A DNA stretch of 64,000 bases from Hyphochytrium catenoides. Lineage: Eukaryota > Protista > Hyphochytriomycota. How positions within the stretch are numbered: the first letter of the stretch is position 1; the number at the start of each line of letters is the position of its first letter. The translations under genes and the position numbers were made by a program. The notes below the pieces were generated by a model, which was given only the letters and a program-made list of their open reading frames with translations, did not search any database and was not told the DNA's origin. Shown in pieces: positions 38,418 to 53,100 of this stretch. The DNA lies in the NCBI GenBank assembly GCA_900088475.1, contig FLMG01000261.1:124001-188000 (forward strand), written 5' to 3'.

Positions 38418-41400
38418 CTATTTGAGTGTCAGATCTTTCCTTGTGGCGACATACTCTAACATGAAGAAGCCGTTCATGAGGAGAGGCAGAACTAGATTAT
38501 CCATCTGTGCCGTAACTGCCTCCACTAGAGTGGTCAGAAGGATCCCTAACAGCCGAAAGGCAATCTGCCTCGACAAGAAAGGGAAGAATTGGTGAGTTTT
38601 TGAGGTAGATACGCCGTGCAAGAGACGAAGAGAGAGACACGACGGGAGGCGGGCCCTAGTCTTCAGCTAAAGTATGGACTGTAAGAAGTGAGACCCTACA
38701 ACGAGGGAGCAAGTGGAGAGAGGGGCCATCTTACCAGAGTGGCCCTATCGCACTTAGGGGCATTGCAAGCTGACCCAAAGCCGTCCAGATAGTAACAGAA
38801 GAGGGCGGATGACACGAACATTGCGATACTGCCCTCTAACGTCCGCCCAGTCCTGAACCAGCGCCACTTTCCTATGTACGTACCGACAATAGCACCCTTC
38901 AGAAGAAGGGCAACGGGTTAGTCGGAGAATTGAGACTTAGCATACATGAAGGACAGCGACATAGGCCGAGAGCCCATATATCAACTACTCCGGCAAGACA
39001 GACAGCAATCAAGAAGGAAATCTTAGGATGCGTTCAAGGTATCAGACACGCCTATAATGATGAGAATACCGAGTTATCACCTCTTACCATGGCGTCACCT
39101 ATACCCACTGCTATTATTCCCGCGAATGGGCCTAAGCTGTCGGAAGGAAAATTGACGTCTAGCCAGAGGGGGAGAGCACAGCCCAATAGAAGGTAGAAAT
39201 GTGACAGAATTGCTGGGCCTGCAATGCAAATGTTACGAGATGCGGAGGGTGCATATATATATTGAGCAACACCCTAACACCATCCCTGCGTCAAAATGTT
39301 CAGAATTACCTTGATCCCTATTGTCCACGTAGCTGACCATATAGCCATGTAGGGCTTCGCCCAGCCAAGGGACATTGAGGACTCTTAGGCACTCAACAGC
39401 TACTAAGCCTGCAAAAGCCACCCCATAGCTGAGGCGTAACATATCCCGCTGTTTAAGAGGGCAACAAAATAGAAGGACCTATGGTCATGGTTCTGCAAAC
39501 TTCGGGAGTATCAGGAGAGCTCTAGCAAAGGTTCAACAAGCAGCAGCAATTGTCTGACAAAGTAAGGATGGCAGCACTTGTAAACGATTGCAACATGATT
39601 GACCCATGCAACCGGGGAAACCACAAAGCAGGCAAAAGCGTGGCGACATTGAGCGTTAATCGCTGCTTCTATCTTACCGCATAAAAGACAGCTGGAGTGA
39701 ACATCACGACCGCCAGGAAGTGATATAGCTTTCTCGCTACAATCTTTCTGAGTCTGAGGTGCTCCTCCAGCAAGAGGAAGTAGGCAATGCTTACGAAGAG
39801 CACGAAGAGCCAGTACAGGCAACAAGCTAAGTTCCTGACCAAATCTTGTGCTAAGAAGGATAATACCCTGGGAACATAGGTCATAAATGAGTATCAACTT
39901 TGATGGCATTGACGCGGTGTCAGAAAGGTCCATCTCAGTCACAGCAAACAAGGGATATGAATAGCTCATTCCATCCATAAGAACGCAGCAAAATAATGTG
40001 ACGCCGCAAGGAGTACGACAACCCTACCACAGGAACAGGTTTGTGCCAAGCAATATGTGACAAAGGGGAAGAACTATCAGCCCAACAGAGAGCAAAAAGG
40101 CAACGTAGAAGCGGATTGAGGCGGATAGCGACAGCTCCTCGCTTTGTATATGGGCGGAGCCACTGCCATAAGCCTTGAAGAAGGGAGAGAGTGAAGCCGC
40201 AAGCAGAAGGACACCACAGACTCCGCCTTGAAGGGCTGCGTGGACCTCATCTCTCCCTGATGGATGGATAAAATAATAGCTAAGCCAGCCAACAGAGCCC
40301 GATACCTGGGAGCAGAGTGGAAGCGCAAATGAAGCTGTTAGACAAAAAGAGTAGCAAGGACGAGTTGCTAGAAAAGTCTGATGCTGGACAGTCCACTCGT
40401 GAAGTCAAGGGTTACTGAACAAACTGATAGTAGAAGGGCGTAGGAAGAAGCATGAGATGTATTTTGTTAAAGGAGGAGGAGGAGGGGGAGGGAGAGAGGA
40501 GAGAGGAATATACGTTTACAGCGAAGCACCACCGATAGTCGCTAGCTGGCCGGTGTGCTACACACCTTAAAAGAGACCATTAACAGTGCATCAAGGCTAT
40601 AAAGGGTGAGCATTTGCGAGAGGATACTGGCTTCTCCAAACGTGAAGGACTTTTTCAATCCCACGAGACATGTCAGCGTGATAGCATCTAGCAGCAGCAA
40701 GGCTAGCAGATAATGTGCAATCCCCTGACCTGACAATGCAAAAGGTAGGACTATTTTAATAGATGGATTGCAAGGCTTGCTGGTGGGAATAGAGTATTCA
40801 ATCAACGAAGCACAGAAGAGATAAGGATGCTGAATCCGGTGGCTACCAAGGAGAGATACAAGGAGGCTACTAAGGATTTGAGGAACACTAATGAATGTCG
40901 GCCAAGACCATACCACTTACCGGCGTCTAAGACAGCGACTGAAAGCATGGTAATGAAGGCATACTTCACGAGAACCAAGACACTCCTATAAGGCACACCA
41001 AGAGCGAACTGCAGAGCAGAGCTCGCACTAAGGGCAGTACTAAGGCAGACGTTCCATAGCAAGTAATCTGATAATTCCACGTTAGCCACGGCAGCGAAGA
41101 TCGAGAATTTCGCGTTAGCCAAGCCAGCGACGGTCGACAGAGAGCAGGCTTATCGCCTGATATCACATCCTAAAAGTCCCACCACCAACTTCTTGGCTCA
41201 CTAACCTTCGGTCTGAGAATCCGCAAGGTGCTCCTGATTCCGATAGCGCACTGCGAGATAGGCCGCCGTAAGGGAAAACGGGAGGACGAAGGAAGACAAC
41301 GTCATTCCTTGGTCGATCAAAGGCCTATGCATCAGTCAGTGTCCATATTTCGACATGAAGCCCTAGGTTTAGTACAGGGTAGAATGTTTTATGTATGAAT

Positions 41401-41806
41401 ATGTTACCCAAAGAGGTGCATGGCGGAAACAGAGACAGCAGACGACTAGAGAGCACAGAACGGCGAGAAGCAAGGGTCATATTGTCAAATCGGCCTACCT
41501 TAGCAGGGCAGCATATGGAGAACTGATGCTGAGAACAGAGCTACCGAATGATAGGCAGGTAACCAGCAAGACCAACGCCATAGCTTTCAAAGCAAGACTA
41601 CTTCCATCATCTGAGGAGGAGGAGAGATGCAGGAGCCATAGCAGAGGAGCTGCGTAGGCAAATAGAACAACCAGCTCAAAGAGTTTTCGAGCTACGTCTC
41701 TGTGCCTAGTATGTGCTTTACGTTTACTCTTGAATTTGACATCGGACTCCATCGTCTCCTTGCTTGGGCTCCTCCGTACTCTAGCAACTTCAAGCTCGCG
41801 GTCCAT
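38418..41806 (-). CDS. DOLK: Dolichol kinase (Sec59/DOLK family, CTP-dependent, multi-pass membrane)
   Basis: Motifs KKSFTFGEASILSQ, ARKLYHFLAVVMFTP, AVECLR, YVDNRDQG|PAILSHFYLLLGCALPLWL, GIIAVGIGDAM|GAIVG...RTLEGS, LVEAVTAQMDNLVLPL, plus many hydrophobic exons. The start may be 41806 or 41752. Confidence 0.92.
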
Positions 41807-42771
41807 ACTATGGCGCAGGTGTCCCTGTAGCACTTGCGGCGGTCCAGTGACGCTGCTGGGCGGTTCGATTGGTCAACGCGAAGAGCATCTTCTCCCCAGA
41901 CATCTCATGATAATGCCATTGGCACCGAGGACGTTCGACAGAGCAATCTCTGCGACAGAGCGCAATGATGGATGCACTCCTTGAACAATAGTCTTCCGTC
42001 TGCACGTAGATCTACGAGGATCTTTCTTCAGAGGATCCAGGCTCCGCCGTGTCACCCAGCGTGGCTTTCCACCATCGCAGCAGCCTTCATCATCATCCAA
42101 GACGTCCAACAAACATCTTGGACAAGTGGATTCCGAGGGGACGCTAACGGCTATCCTTGTCAAGCGAGGAAGGATGTTCAACAAAATGTGAAAACTCTGA
42201 TGAAGAAAGTTGTGGTGTTTGATGTTTGTCCTTTGTCCACGATAATTGACTGACGGCATAGGGTGAGGTTTGGGCATATTTGACAGATGGTGGCTGTAAA
42301 TTGTCAAGAATCTGGGCGATAGAATCTTTTGTGCTGGATTGATGATTCTGGCTCTGGCACCCAACAGACACACAGACACGGCTCTCACAAAAGTGCATCT
42401 CGCTCTTTCTAAGGAAGCCTCTCTACGACTCGCTCCTCTTCCTGCTGGTGGGCGCAGCGGCTGGTTGTCACAGCGTTGAGCCTCTGTCCCTATATTCTGT
42501 GTGCACTGGACGAAGCGTCCGGGCACCTTAGTGCAATGCCTTTGAGCTCAAAGCAGTGATAAGGATGCTCTAAAGTGGAGGAAGGCAAGTAAAGCAGTGC
42601 AGCGACAGGTGAGAGGAAACCGGCCTGCTTCTGGAGGTAGGAGCTGCTGATGGAGGAGGCGGAGACACGAAGACCGCGTCCTAGATAAGTACTGATCCCG
42701 TCTTGCAGCCAGCAGGGTTTTGCTTATTTGTCGCCATACTGAGAAGCTTGAAGACGTTGACCTTGGTAGAC

Positions 42772-45700
42772 ATGGCTGGGGGCACTGAGGACAGTTCCGT
42801 CGTACGTCAGCTATCTCACCATTTTTGGCCTGCTTCTGTTTTGCAAAAGAAACTCTGCTTGTAGGGCTAGTATATAGGAAAGTTGTGCTCTGCAACCGTC
42901 TCCGCTTTACTCATTTTTCTTCTCTTTCTGCCCGATTCAGTACACGTCGTTGGGGGCAACCCTAGTCCTGCTGGTTGCCTTCTATGCCTTCGCTGCTCCA
43001 TTTCACGACTGGACAGAGCTCAGAAGGGAGTGGACACCCTACGTTTACTGCTCTTTGTACCTCTATTGGTGGCTTCTTTCTGCCATTGCTTTTCATGCGT
43101 CCGGTAACCTCTCAGGGCTTTTGGACTACGACATAAAACAGCCGGTGAGTCAATAATGGGCGATTGACGAATAAGCCACTGAAACAAGGATATAGAGAAA
43201 GACTTGAGCAACTATTTAAGGGTCGATGCTATGGCTTGCTACTTGTAGCATGTGGTATGTTATGGAAGGATCATGGTCTATCCCTCCCACGGCTACATCT
43301 ACAAAGCGTAGCTCATTGTTTACACCCGCTAAGGTCACTCTTCTATCTCCACGCCCAGATCTCCTTGTTCTTCCCGATTTTTGGAGTAACCGTGGTGCTC
43401 CTACTGGTGGTCGAGCTTATCCTGGTCCTTGCCCGACAAGTCCTTACTTTCTTCAACAACAACTCCTTGCAGCGAATCAGGTGGCTCCTCTTACTGCAGA
43501 GTCTTTCCTGTCAGCTTTTACTCTACTTGATCACCCTAACCTTCCTATGTACCTATTTAGCGCAATTACCTCTCTCGTTCTCTCAGGTTCAGTCTTTTCT
43601 TGTTGGTTGCTGTTTATCCCTCCTAGTCTCTCTCTTTCTCACCTTCCGAAGGATGCTCTTCGGGTTCCTGAGATTAGCTTCCTGCTGCTCTTTTCAGCGT
43701 AATGCACAGTATTACCACAGTCATTTTCAATGCCGGGCTCGTTAGTGTCGCTTGCTGTCTTGTCTTTCTGGAATGCGATGGAGAGCTTTCGCAGGTTTGC
43801 TACTCAGTGTCCTTTACCGCTTAAGTGTATACGTTATGATAGATCCAGATGATTGGGTTGTTCATCTATGATAGACTGCTATCATTCTCTCAGCTTGCCT
43901 TGTTTTTAGCTGACCACCAGCGTGCTAATGCGTTGATGCCAATTGTCAACGATTTTAGACGAAGGCAGACGTCCTGACGAGTAAACAAATGGCTTGCTCG
44001 AGTATCTTCGATTTCACCTCAAAAGGCATCAAGCTCACCGGGCCGTCCAGGTAGAGTTCCATTTGTCCTTAACATCATCTCAGAGCAAGATAGAACACGC
44101 GGGGCTTCCATGCCGTCTCTGACTCGAACGTCTGCCTGAAGTTGCCCTGTCTTATTAAGCTTCTTTGCTGCGGTAGTATTTCACTCCCTTGTACCGTTAG
44201 CTGTATGACTTCATGCTAATCCTAGATGTAGTTGGAATGTAGTCCTTTTGGTATGGTGTACTGGCATGGTCCTTGTCATCGCTACTTTTCTTGTCGAGTG
44301 GCTCGCGTGGTATTCCTTCTTCTACGAGGATCAGTACAGTCCGCAGGATTACGTAGATGACAACACGAAAGCCCCTTCTGTGTCAGAGGCTCTTCCAATG
44401 GTGTCCTGGTATTCGATGGTTATGTTTGACGTGGTCTTTGACGTAAGTGCTACCTCCGAAGTTAGCCGTCATCCGTCCCTTGTACCAGCGATTTCTCCTC
44501 CGTCAAACCTTCGCTTCTTCTCTTTCCCCCATTCCAGTCAGATGCCCTTTCCTCCATACTCTGGCCTATCACACTCTGTCTTTTCTTTGGACCCCGTTCA
44601 TTTGAGTTGATCTGCCAAACAAGACTGGACTTACTAAACTTTTGCAAACGTCAATTTCTGTCATGTCACCGAAAATATCAGTTGTCCTTCATCATTAATG
44701 ACCGGCCTTACTTTGCTATGTACCGCTAACCGGCTGAGATGCTCTTTTTGCCCTCATTCTTGTCTCACGATAGCTGCTGATCTCCCTTAAAGTCTTCTTG
44801 GGAAGGTAAGGATCACTTTGAGTTCCTGATGCTACTAGAGTCCCTCTTGCCACTTACACTTCCCAATGTATTCATCTGTTTGTTTGGTCAGATTCGACCG
44901 TCGTATCATGCAGGCGGCCATTCATAAGGACACTCCACCAATATTTGAACATCTTGCTCATAAAGAAGAACTCTGGCGTAAGTAAAAAACGAGGACTTGT
45001 TGTTAATATCGTTGTCTACCTCAATTCTGTGACCCTTGTGTGTACAGAACCTTTACGACTTTTGCATATGGTTTACTGCTAGCTCCTGTGCCATGAGGCT
45101 TCACGTCAACGTCGTTTTCTACGCTCCAAATGTGGTTGCTCTTACATTCCTGTCCTATGAACTATTCCAGGAAGCTTTGCAAGTCTAACGTCATTCTCTC
45201 ATACCTAGTTGACTTTATGGCTGACTGCGGAGATGGCTTCAACTCAAGCTATCAGGTTGCTCGAATGTTAGCACAGCCCAAGCTAGAGGTGACGTATAAG
45301 GCTAGGAAAGATCCGACAGCAACTAGGGGCTCACAAGGAGCCTTGGAAGAAAAAGAAGATGATGAGGATTTGTCGACATATGAGTCGATGGTCCTCCCTC
45401 GTGGCGATTGTCTGGTAATTGGGGGAGATCTGGCATACCACCACCCGACCGCAGATAACTATGAGGTATTTCTTGCTCGCGTACTGCTTCTCTACTGCCA
45501 GGATGTTTCTCACTGAATTAAAGCGGATCTGGACATATAACTTCTGCCGCTTTCCATTAGCCTATGGTGAATGCCGCTTTCCATTAGCCTATGGTGGACC
45601 TCTCGCCAAACCCGTGCAAATGTCGCATCCTTGGTCTGGCTTTTGACTTTTCCCTCCAGCTCTGCGAAGCGTTTAGCCTCATGCGTTCTCTGTCCCGCAA

Positions 45701-48700
45701 CTTGATGTTAGAGGCGTTTCTGGCGCGTGTTTGAGTACGCGATGATCCCTCCTCGAAACTATAACCCAGAGCAGATAGCCATTCAGAAGCCCCATATACC
45801 TGAAGGGCACGCTTCACTGAGCGAATACCCTGGGCCTACTGCCTTCTGCATACCAGGTACTTGTCTAACCCCAGCTGATATGCTTGGCATTAGAGCTTCA
45901 TGCCTTACTTCATTTTATCCCTACTAACCCCAGCACCGTTTGCCTTGGAGTTTTGCTTAAAATATGATGAGGGATGTGCTCTCAAGCCGTATGCATACTA
46001 TTAGGCAACCACGACTGGTATGATGGGCTGGGCACTTTCCTACGCTTTGTTTGCCACAGGAATTGGTTGGGAGGTTGGCTCCTACCTCAGTCTTCGTCTT
46101 ACTTCGCACTCAAGCTGCCTAACGGCTGGTGGCTCTTTGGCTGTGACTTGGCACTGGAGGATGACCTGGACTTGCCCCAATACAAGTTCTTTGCAGATGT
46201 ATGTTTGGGAACTCATCTATAATACCTCAGGTTCCCCTAACCTTACGGACGAGCTCATTGCCATCCTCGTATACCTCTCTTCCGCCGCGTCTCCTCCACC
46301 TCTTACGCTGCCGCTATAATGACCTCTCAAACCTCCCTTCTTAACTGTAACCCTAAGACACCCAACCAAAGAGCTTAGGCTACTTGTTTATGTTCACTCT
46401 CCTTACCTTGGTAGATTGCAACATCCCGAATGAAACCCTCAGATCGGGTGATCCTAGTAACGCATGAGCCTAATTGGATACTTGATGCCTATCACAGACA
46501 AACCACAGGTGGGTCAGAGACATATAGGGAATTCTAGGGACATCACGCTCTTTTCAAAGGCTACTCACTGTCTGCAAACCCGCCAAGTTTTTAACCTGGG
46601 ATACATGACCCTATTTAAATGCCTCTAACGCCACACTTTTCTCTACAGGGGAGAACCTCCGCCACCTCATAAATGTTGTCCTAACGAACCGTGTTGCCTT
46701 GAGGTAAGTGAGGAGTGGAAATAGAAGCAGGAAGAGAACAGGTCTGGAAAGAGAAGACAAAGGAGGACGAGGACACGCTCCCAAACAGTAATTTTTTGAA
46801 TACGATAACCTAACTATGTTTTTACACAGGCTGGCTGGAGACATCCACAACTATCAGCGACACTCCCCTCTGCAAGTAAGCGCAGAAGGATTGGCCTCCC
46901 CTTTATGGCGTTGCTTCTTAAACTCTCCTCTAAACTGGCTATTCTTTCTTTCTCAGAGCGATAGGGATTTGTTTGCATGGGCAGGACAGGAGCAGAAGCC
47001 ACCCCGTGCACAGTCCTTCGTGGCGCTCAATACACAACCAGATCAAGTTACAAGAGATGGGCCCAGCAGGGAAACCGACGCGCGTAACAGAGCCGAGATC
47101 ATTGGAGATGTGTTCCCTTCCCTGATTTCGAGCGCGTCTGCTTCTTCTCTTGCTCTCTCTCCCCGGTACTCATCCTCTTTCTTCTCTCTAACAAGAGAGC
47201 AGCGCTATCACCAGCCTCCTGTGCCATCTAAGCACCCAGTACTGGTGGTTGCAGGAGGGGGTGGTGCCTTTCTCCATCCAACTCACGCTCCTGATATGGA
47301 GGGCATCAATGTTGACGGGGTTACCTACAAGAGGAAAGCCACATTTCCCTCAGAGACGGTTTCCAGGTACGATACGACAGAATGGACCAGACGGTGGTGG
47401 GCAAGAGATGATCATAGAGACCCACAATAAGCGCTTGGTACTAGAAAGAAGAGAGTTACCAAAGCGGGGATTGGCACTTTATCAGCTCACAGCTTTTATC
47501 CAGGCAGTATGCCCTACTTAACATCTTTGGCTTTCGCAAGCGTCATTGGCGAATAGACTTTGTCAGCGCTATCACGGTGAGATTTTTGGGTCTAAGTTGT
47601 CTTGTCAGGAATGCGCTGATTAACGCCGCCGTAATGAATGTTCTACCGTGTGACTGCTCTCTCATCTCTATCGCCCCTATCCTGTCAGTACTTTGGCCTT
47701 GCCCTATCCCTATTACCTCAGTGCAAGACAAGAATGTACCACGTAAGTTACTTGTACGCGCCCTGCTTATTTTCCGGACTCTTGTATGGATCGCACCGTC
47801 ATGGGAGTCCTTCAGTGATGCTTCCACTCATCGCCATGGCGGCATGTCATTATTCAAAAGAGCGATGAGGAGTGTTTGCGCAGCCTGCGGCCACCTCTGC
47901 TAATCCCTAGCTCTTCTGTTATCCTTTTGTAGGACACTAATGGGACATTTCTGAGCCGCTTTATCTCAACTGTGTTTGAGATGGAGAGGACCCTCCTTCT
48001 GGAGTCATACGTCTCTCTCGGAGCGATGATCATGCTTTCTATGCACCTGGTGCTGTTCTCGGACTTCCGGTACGGGGCCTCTGCCGGCCGGTCGTTGTTT
48101 AAAGTCTTATTCACCTTCAGCCGGTCTCGTTCCTTCAAGCATCTGCTACTGTGCCGTGTCTACTGTCTTGCAACTGTGCTGAAACTTCTCATCTGTTTTC
48201 ATCGTTTCGGGACTCCTTTCATTAGATCGACGCCAACGCGGCTCTTGTCAGGGATATGTCACTGCTTCTGCCACGTCACAGCTGCCTTAGGAACAGCAGC
48301 CGCGTTGGAGTCAATTATTGATCTTGGCATATCAGGGTGGGTACCATTCCCTCTCAGTATGGGACCACTTTTCTTCTGTTCTTATTACTTTGGTCACTCC
48401 TATGTTTGTAAATCTTTGTTCTTAACACACATAATGCTTTTGCTATGATTCATAGCGGCGGCCTAGGGACGCAAGGCCTTGACTCCATCTGGCGGTTGCT
48501 GACTGCGAAGCTACCACAAGAAGTTCCTGAAGACTTGTCGGCTTACGATCTCTTGGGGTTGGGAAGGACACTTATCCAACTTATTCATCAACTTACAGTC
48601 CTCTATAATGGTATCCACCTTCTCCAAACTTTTCCACCTTCCAGGCCTTCGTTCACTGCTCTCGAGCACCTCTAGCTCATGGAAGTTTACTCTTCTGTAT

Positions 48701-49918
48701 GGATTGGTACTTTTTGGGATTGTAGTTCAGTCCTTACTGAACTCCACCTTGTTGCATAATCCTCATGTCTAATGCCTCTTAAATTGCACTTCACTAGTCC
48801 CCGAGATGCATGCTGAGGTTCGGATTAAGGTTAGTGAAGGGCTTGTGAATTGCTTTATGTCATTATTCAGTCTGAACATGGCATGCCATGTGGACATGCG
48901 TCATGGCCCCTGTCAGACGAAGTGATCATTCGCAACGTCCCAAGCTTTGCTCCCCTACGTTTCTCTCAGCCATTCGCCTCACTGTTGCGCCGGACTTGCT
49001 AGGCTTGTAAGAGCGGCTTTGACTCTTTGAGCAGAGGGGAAGCAATCACTTTTTATGTCACGTGGTTCCTCTACTACTTTATTATGGTGAGTGCCAATAC
49101 CCGGTTGTTTCACATCTCTCTTCTTGGAGACAGACGTCACAGTTACTGCCGCCCACTTGCTTATCTCTCGCCCCAACCTTATACACTGCGGTGCTGTATT
49201 TCTGAGTTCAAATTCTTAGCGTTTCTTGTTAGTGATTAACACCCGTTAATCCCAAGGCGGCGCCCGTCTGTGCTGTAGTCTTCGGGACTTATCTCTACGT
49301 ATCAGTCAACTTTTTTGGAGTCCACTATAACGAGGCTTTCTCGTCATTGAAAATTGAGAACTACAAGCACATCGTCCGCATACATATCAACAGTGAAGGG
49401 GAGTGCGAAGTGTTCACATTAGGAGTGGAGAAGGTGCCTAAGAAGTGGATAAGGTCAGTCAGCGCGAACACCTGTTTTGGTTTTGTTGCTCTCGCTTGTC
49501 TCTGTGGCTCACTACCCATCGCGAGCGCTTCATTGGAGCTTCTTTTATTCTTCTGCTCTCGTCCCTGGGCTTCATATCTCTCAGCACTATATCTGACTTG
49601 AGACACGACATGCACCCTCGTCCTCCTCATTACTTTCTCTATCTTCACCAAATTTACCTAGCTACTGATCGCTGAACCCCTTCTCCTCTTGTGCATGTAT
49701 CTTTTAGGGATGACCAATGGTCTGGAAGCAACCGACTTAGACACCTTCACGGCGAGATCCCTTCCTATCAGCATCATAGACCCAGTAGGTGGCAGCCGCG
49801 GAATAGCAGGCTTGAGGATATTCTGAGGATTGATTTCGATGAGACCGCCGGTGAAGAAGAGAAGAGGAAAAGGAAGGACCGGTACGAAGTAAAGGTGGTT
49901 GACTACTTTAGCGTATAA
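42772..49918 (+). CDS. Multi-pass membrane calcineurin-like metallophosphoesterase (uncharacterised family also known from plants)
   Basis: N-terminal TM exons, then MVSWYS, VFLGRFDRRIMQAA, LWLDFMADCGDGFNSSYQVARMLAQP, LPRGDCLVIGGDLAY, IPGNHDWYDGL, SYFALKLPNGWWLFGCDLAL, THEPNW, LAGDIHNYQRH, VAGGGGAFLHPTH, further TM exons, GVHYNEAFSSLKIENYK. Stop TAA 49916-49918. Start approximate. Confidence 0.88.
45545..45596. repeat. Intronic 25-bp direct repeat, two copies
   Basis: tgccgctttccattagcctatggtg at 45545-45569 and 45572-45596. Confidence 0.9.
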
Positions 49919-50140
49919 TTCAGAGAGAGATAGGATACAGAAGTGAGAGTGAGAATAGCCTTTGATGATCTCTATTCGACCTTGCTGGGGCGAAGGTGAG
50001 AGAGGGTCACAAGAGACCAAAAGGAAGCAGGCAACGAGTAGCACAGGTGTGGGACCAGGGACTAGATTTTTTGTAATGCTTTCGCCTCACTAGCGAACTT
50101 ACAACTCTCTATTGGCAAAACAATGTCTATATTTGTAGCG

Positions 50141-53100
50141 TCATCTCCCTGCAGCACTGGCTGCCCTTTCTGCTGCCGCCATCATAGCGGCCGAGAGATT
50201 TCTTAGCAAAGCGCGAGTGGTTAGGGAGAGAGAAGCTAGTAGAGATGCAGTCCAGCTTGCTCTTGTTAGCTGAGAACGGGTGGCAAGCTTCACTCGTTGA
50301 TTCTTGAGATCTTTGTTTTGAGCTCCGCTTTCCCTGCTGGCACCTGCTTCATCTTCTCGCTTCACCCTCTCTCTCTCCTCTTCGTCTCGCTTCATCTTCT
50401 CTCGGTACTGTGCCGCTGCTGCCTGGACTTCCGCCTCTGTGTCATTGAAGTCTATTGCACCGGGTATTTTGAACGGCCTTGACGGTTCCCTATGTAAAAC
50501 ATATTCGCACATGCTGCGAAGGTCGTTCCTACCACCCAATGGATCTGTTGGGCATAGCGTGGAGGAAACCAGAGGAGCAACCTCAGCAGGATACAAGAAA
50601 GAAAGAGCTCAATCGACCACGACCAAGGCTTATGACGATAAAAGGGGCTGTATTGTGGACATATAGGAAACACTGCTTAGCGAGAAAGGATAATCGTCTG
50701 CAAGACCGTGTTGAGATCAAAGAGAGCATCTTTGGTACCTCTTTCCACCTCCTGGCACAAATCTTGGTACTGCTCCTTGAGGGCGCAAATCTCACACGCA
50801 GCCGTCTTCGTACAGAGAGGACATGAAGAAATAGTCTCGCAGTCCTTGTACTTCTTGTATGGCCTGGAAAGGGAATGGTGAGAAACACCCAAGGACCTCG
50901 TAAGAAGACAGGAGGAAACTAAGGCTTCTCATGGTCAGGTATCAATTGTTGGCAAGAAGATGACAATTAGAGAGTAAACATCAGGCATTCCTACATACAA
51001 TGGTCCGCAAGACGGGCACGTGTTAAAGATAGGGTTGAATTAGAAAAGGAAAGGAGAGCGACGAGCAGGAGTTGGCTAAAACGGGGACGAGAAGTTCAAG
51101 GGCCATCAAAGTAAAGTCGCGTCTGCATGTGTGATCCCCAGAGGTCCACTTACTGCTCATAGCAGCTCAACTGGCGAAGTACTTTCATTGCATCCGCATC
51201 TGCTTTGACGGCACTGACGTAGCTGCTTTCCAACTCACTGCGGTATCAGCTTCAGTACACTCTGTCTGATTGAATCCTTCCATCTCTGCTTGCTCTCTCC
51301 CTGACCGGTGAAATCCAACTTCTACCTCAATATCTTTGTGGCTCCTAAAGTGCTCCGTATCTTGTATGTCATTCTTTCACTCTTCGCTAACCCTTCACAC
51401 TCACCTCAATCTATTTTCTGGCCGGACGGTAACCATCGTTGTTCCCTCGCCACAGTGGACGTGCTTCACCTTTCCTACGCCTTCGTCTGCAGCTGAGGTG
51501 CCCAGCACTTCCACCTGACCCAGGTGCAGATATTCAATCTATGCGCAGCACAAATAGCAAAGAAATGTAATAAGACACTAAGCGGACGAGCGGAAGGCTG
51601 GTGATGTTGATGATAGAGGTTAGGAAGAAAATGGTCAGGGGTAGTGCTGTTCAATATGTCCTCTCCATCATCCCCAAAGTCTCTCGGTTGCTCATAGCCT
51701 TTGTGCGTTCCACCTATTCAATTGTCGAGAGGGCGCTACCTTGTCCACAACTATTGAGATGTATCGTCCATAGCTTCGAGCGGGAAGATCCCACCTGTGA
51801 GGTTAGGGTGACCCATTTATGTCACATATAGGACACAAGTTAGAAAAAGACAAGAAGCGTGTCAGCCGAGTCTCTACCTAGATGAGAGTGACTGTAGCGT
51901 TACGGAGCATGCTAGGATGGGAGGCCGGAAATCCGACCAGGACTAAGACGGGCCGTAAACAGAGGAACATACGTGAGACTGCTTCTAACAGACTGACACA
52001 ATTTGATCCAAGGACACATAAGATAGAAAGGAGGTAGTGATGAAAGAAGCATGAAAGAAGACAGAAGAAGACAAAGGCATCCATCGGCTGGTCGAAGCTG
52101 CCGAGGAAGGCCGACCAGATATCACCTGAGAACCATACCGCCTGACTTGAACTTTGTGTAGGTAACAGATGTCGATATTGTCGCGTCAAGAGGACTACGA
52201 CCGCCTTTAGATTGCAAATATGTGCCAGATTGCCGGAGAGAAGGAGCCCAGGAGGTGTCAGAACAGAGTTGAGAGCAACTTCAAACGAGAGGAAAGAAGA
52301 AGGGCAGAGGAAGGCACAGCTCCAGTGACTCGCCAGCAGAGTCTTGAAACACGTGGCACTGCATGCTATGAAGTGAGGAGGCGCGTCCATAATATTATTC
52401 CTAGCTAATGCTAACCTTTCTCTGTGGTTAGAGGAGGCTTCTTTTCCGAAAGAAGTACATAACAAGGGAATAGTCTCGACTGATACTCATCCTCCTTCAA
52501 CGACTTGTCAAACGGCTTGTCCGTGCGGTTACATATTCTAACGCTGTAGACGTGGGAGAGAGTCCCAAGATCCACCTTGAGGGCAAAAAGACACGGAGAG
52601 ACAACCGGGTGGAGCATACAAGCAAGATACAGTGAGATAATACGGGAGGTGGGACGAGTCTGACAAGAGAGGAATAACAACGAAGGCCCTGATTCTTACG
52701 ATCCGCCTATAAGACCCCTATTCCCAGAGTGTAAAGCTGTCTTTAGAGTCAAGAAAGAGTAAAGAGGTTTAAGAAGCATGGAGAAAGGCTAAAAGGTCGT
52801 CGTATCTTGTCCCTCAACAATGGGCACTGAAGAGATGTAGTACGCGCAGAAACTGGGGTTGACTTTAACTTTATCATGGAGGCGGACTCGAGGAAGGAAT
52901 GACGAGTAGCGGAGCACTGAGAAGAGTAACAATTCTGTCTCACCTGCCACCACGGTCGGTCATCTCGCTGGGCACGTTATGAGTCCAAGAACAGAAGATA
53001 GTGATTGAGTCAACGGGAATCAGTCAGTAGCAAATACAATACAGTGACGGAGTAGAATAAAGTGGTACGACGTAGTAGGGAGGCGACCTGAAGCGAGAGA

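Noticed and set aside
41873-42526. 217-aa and overlapping ORFs between DOLK and the phosphoesterase
   Set aside because: No domain signal and non-ATG or weak starts; most likely promoter/UTR sequence.
43164-43745. 193-aa hydrophobic ORF as a separate gene
   Set aside because: It mixes intron read-through with TM exons of the metallophosphoesterase.
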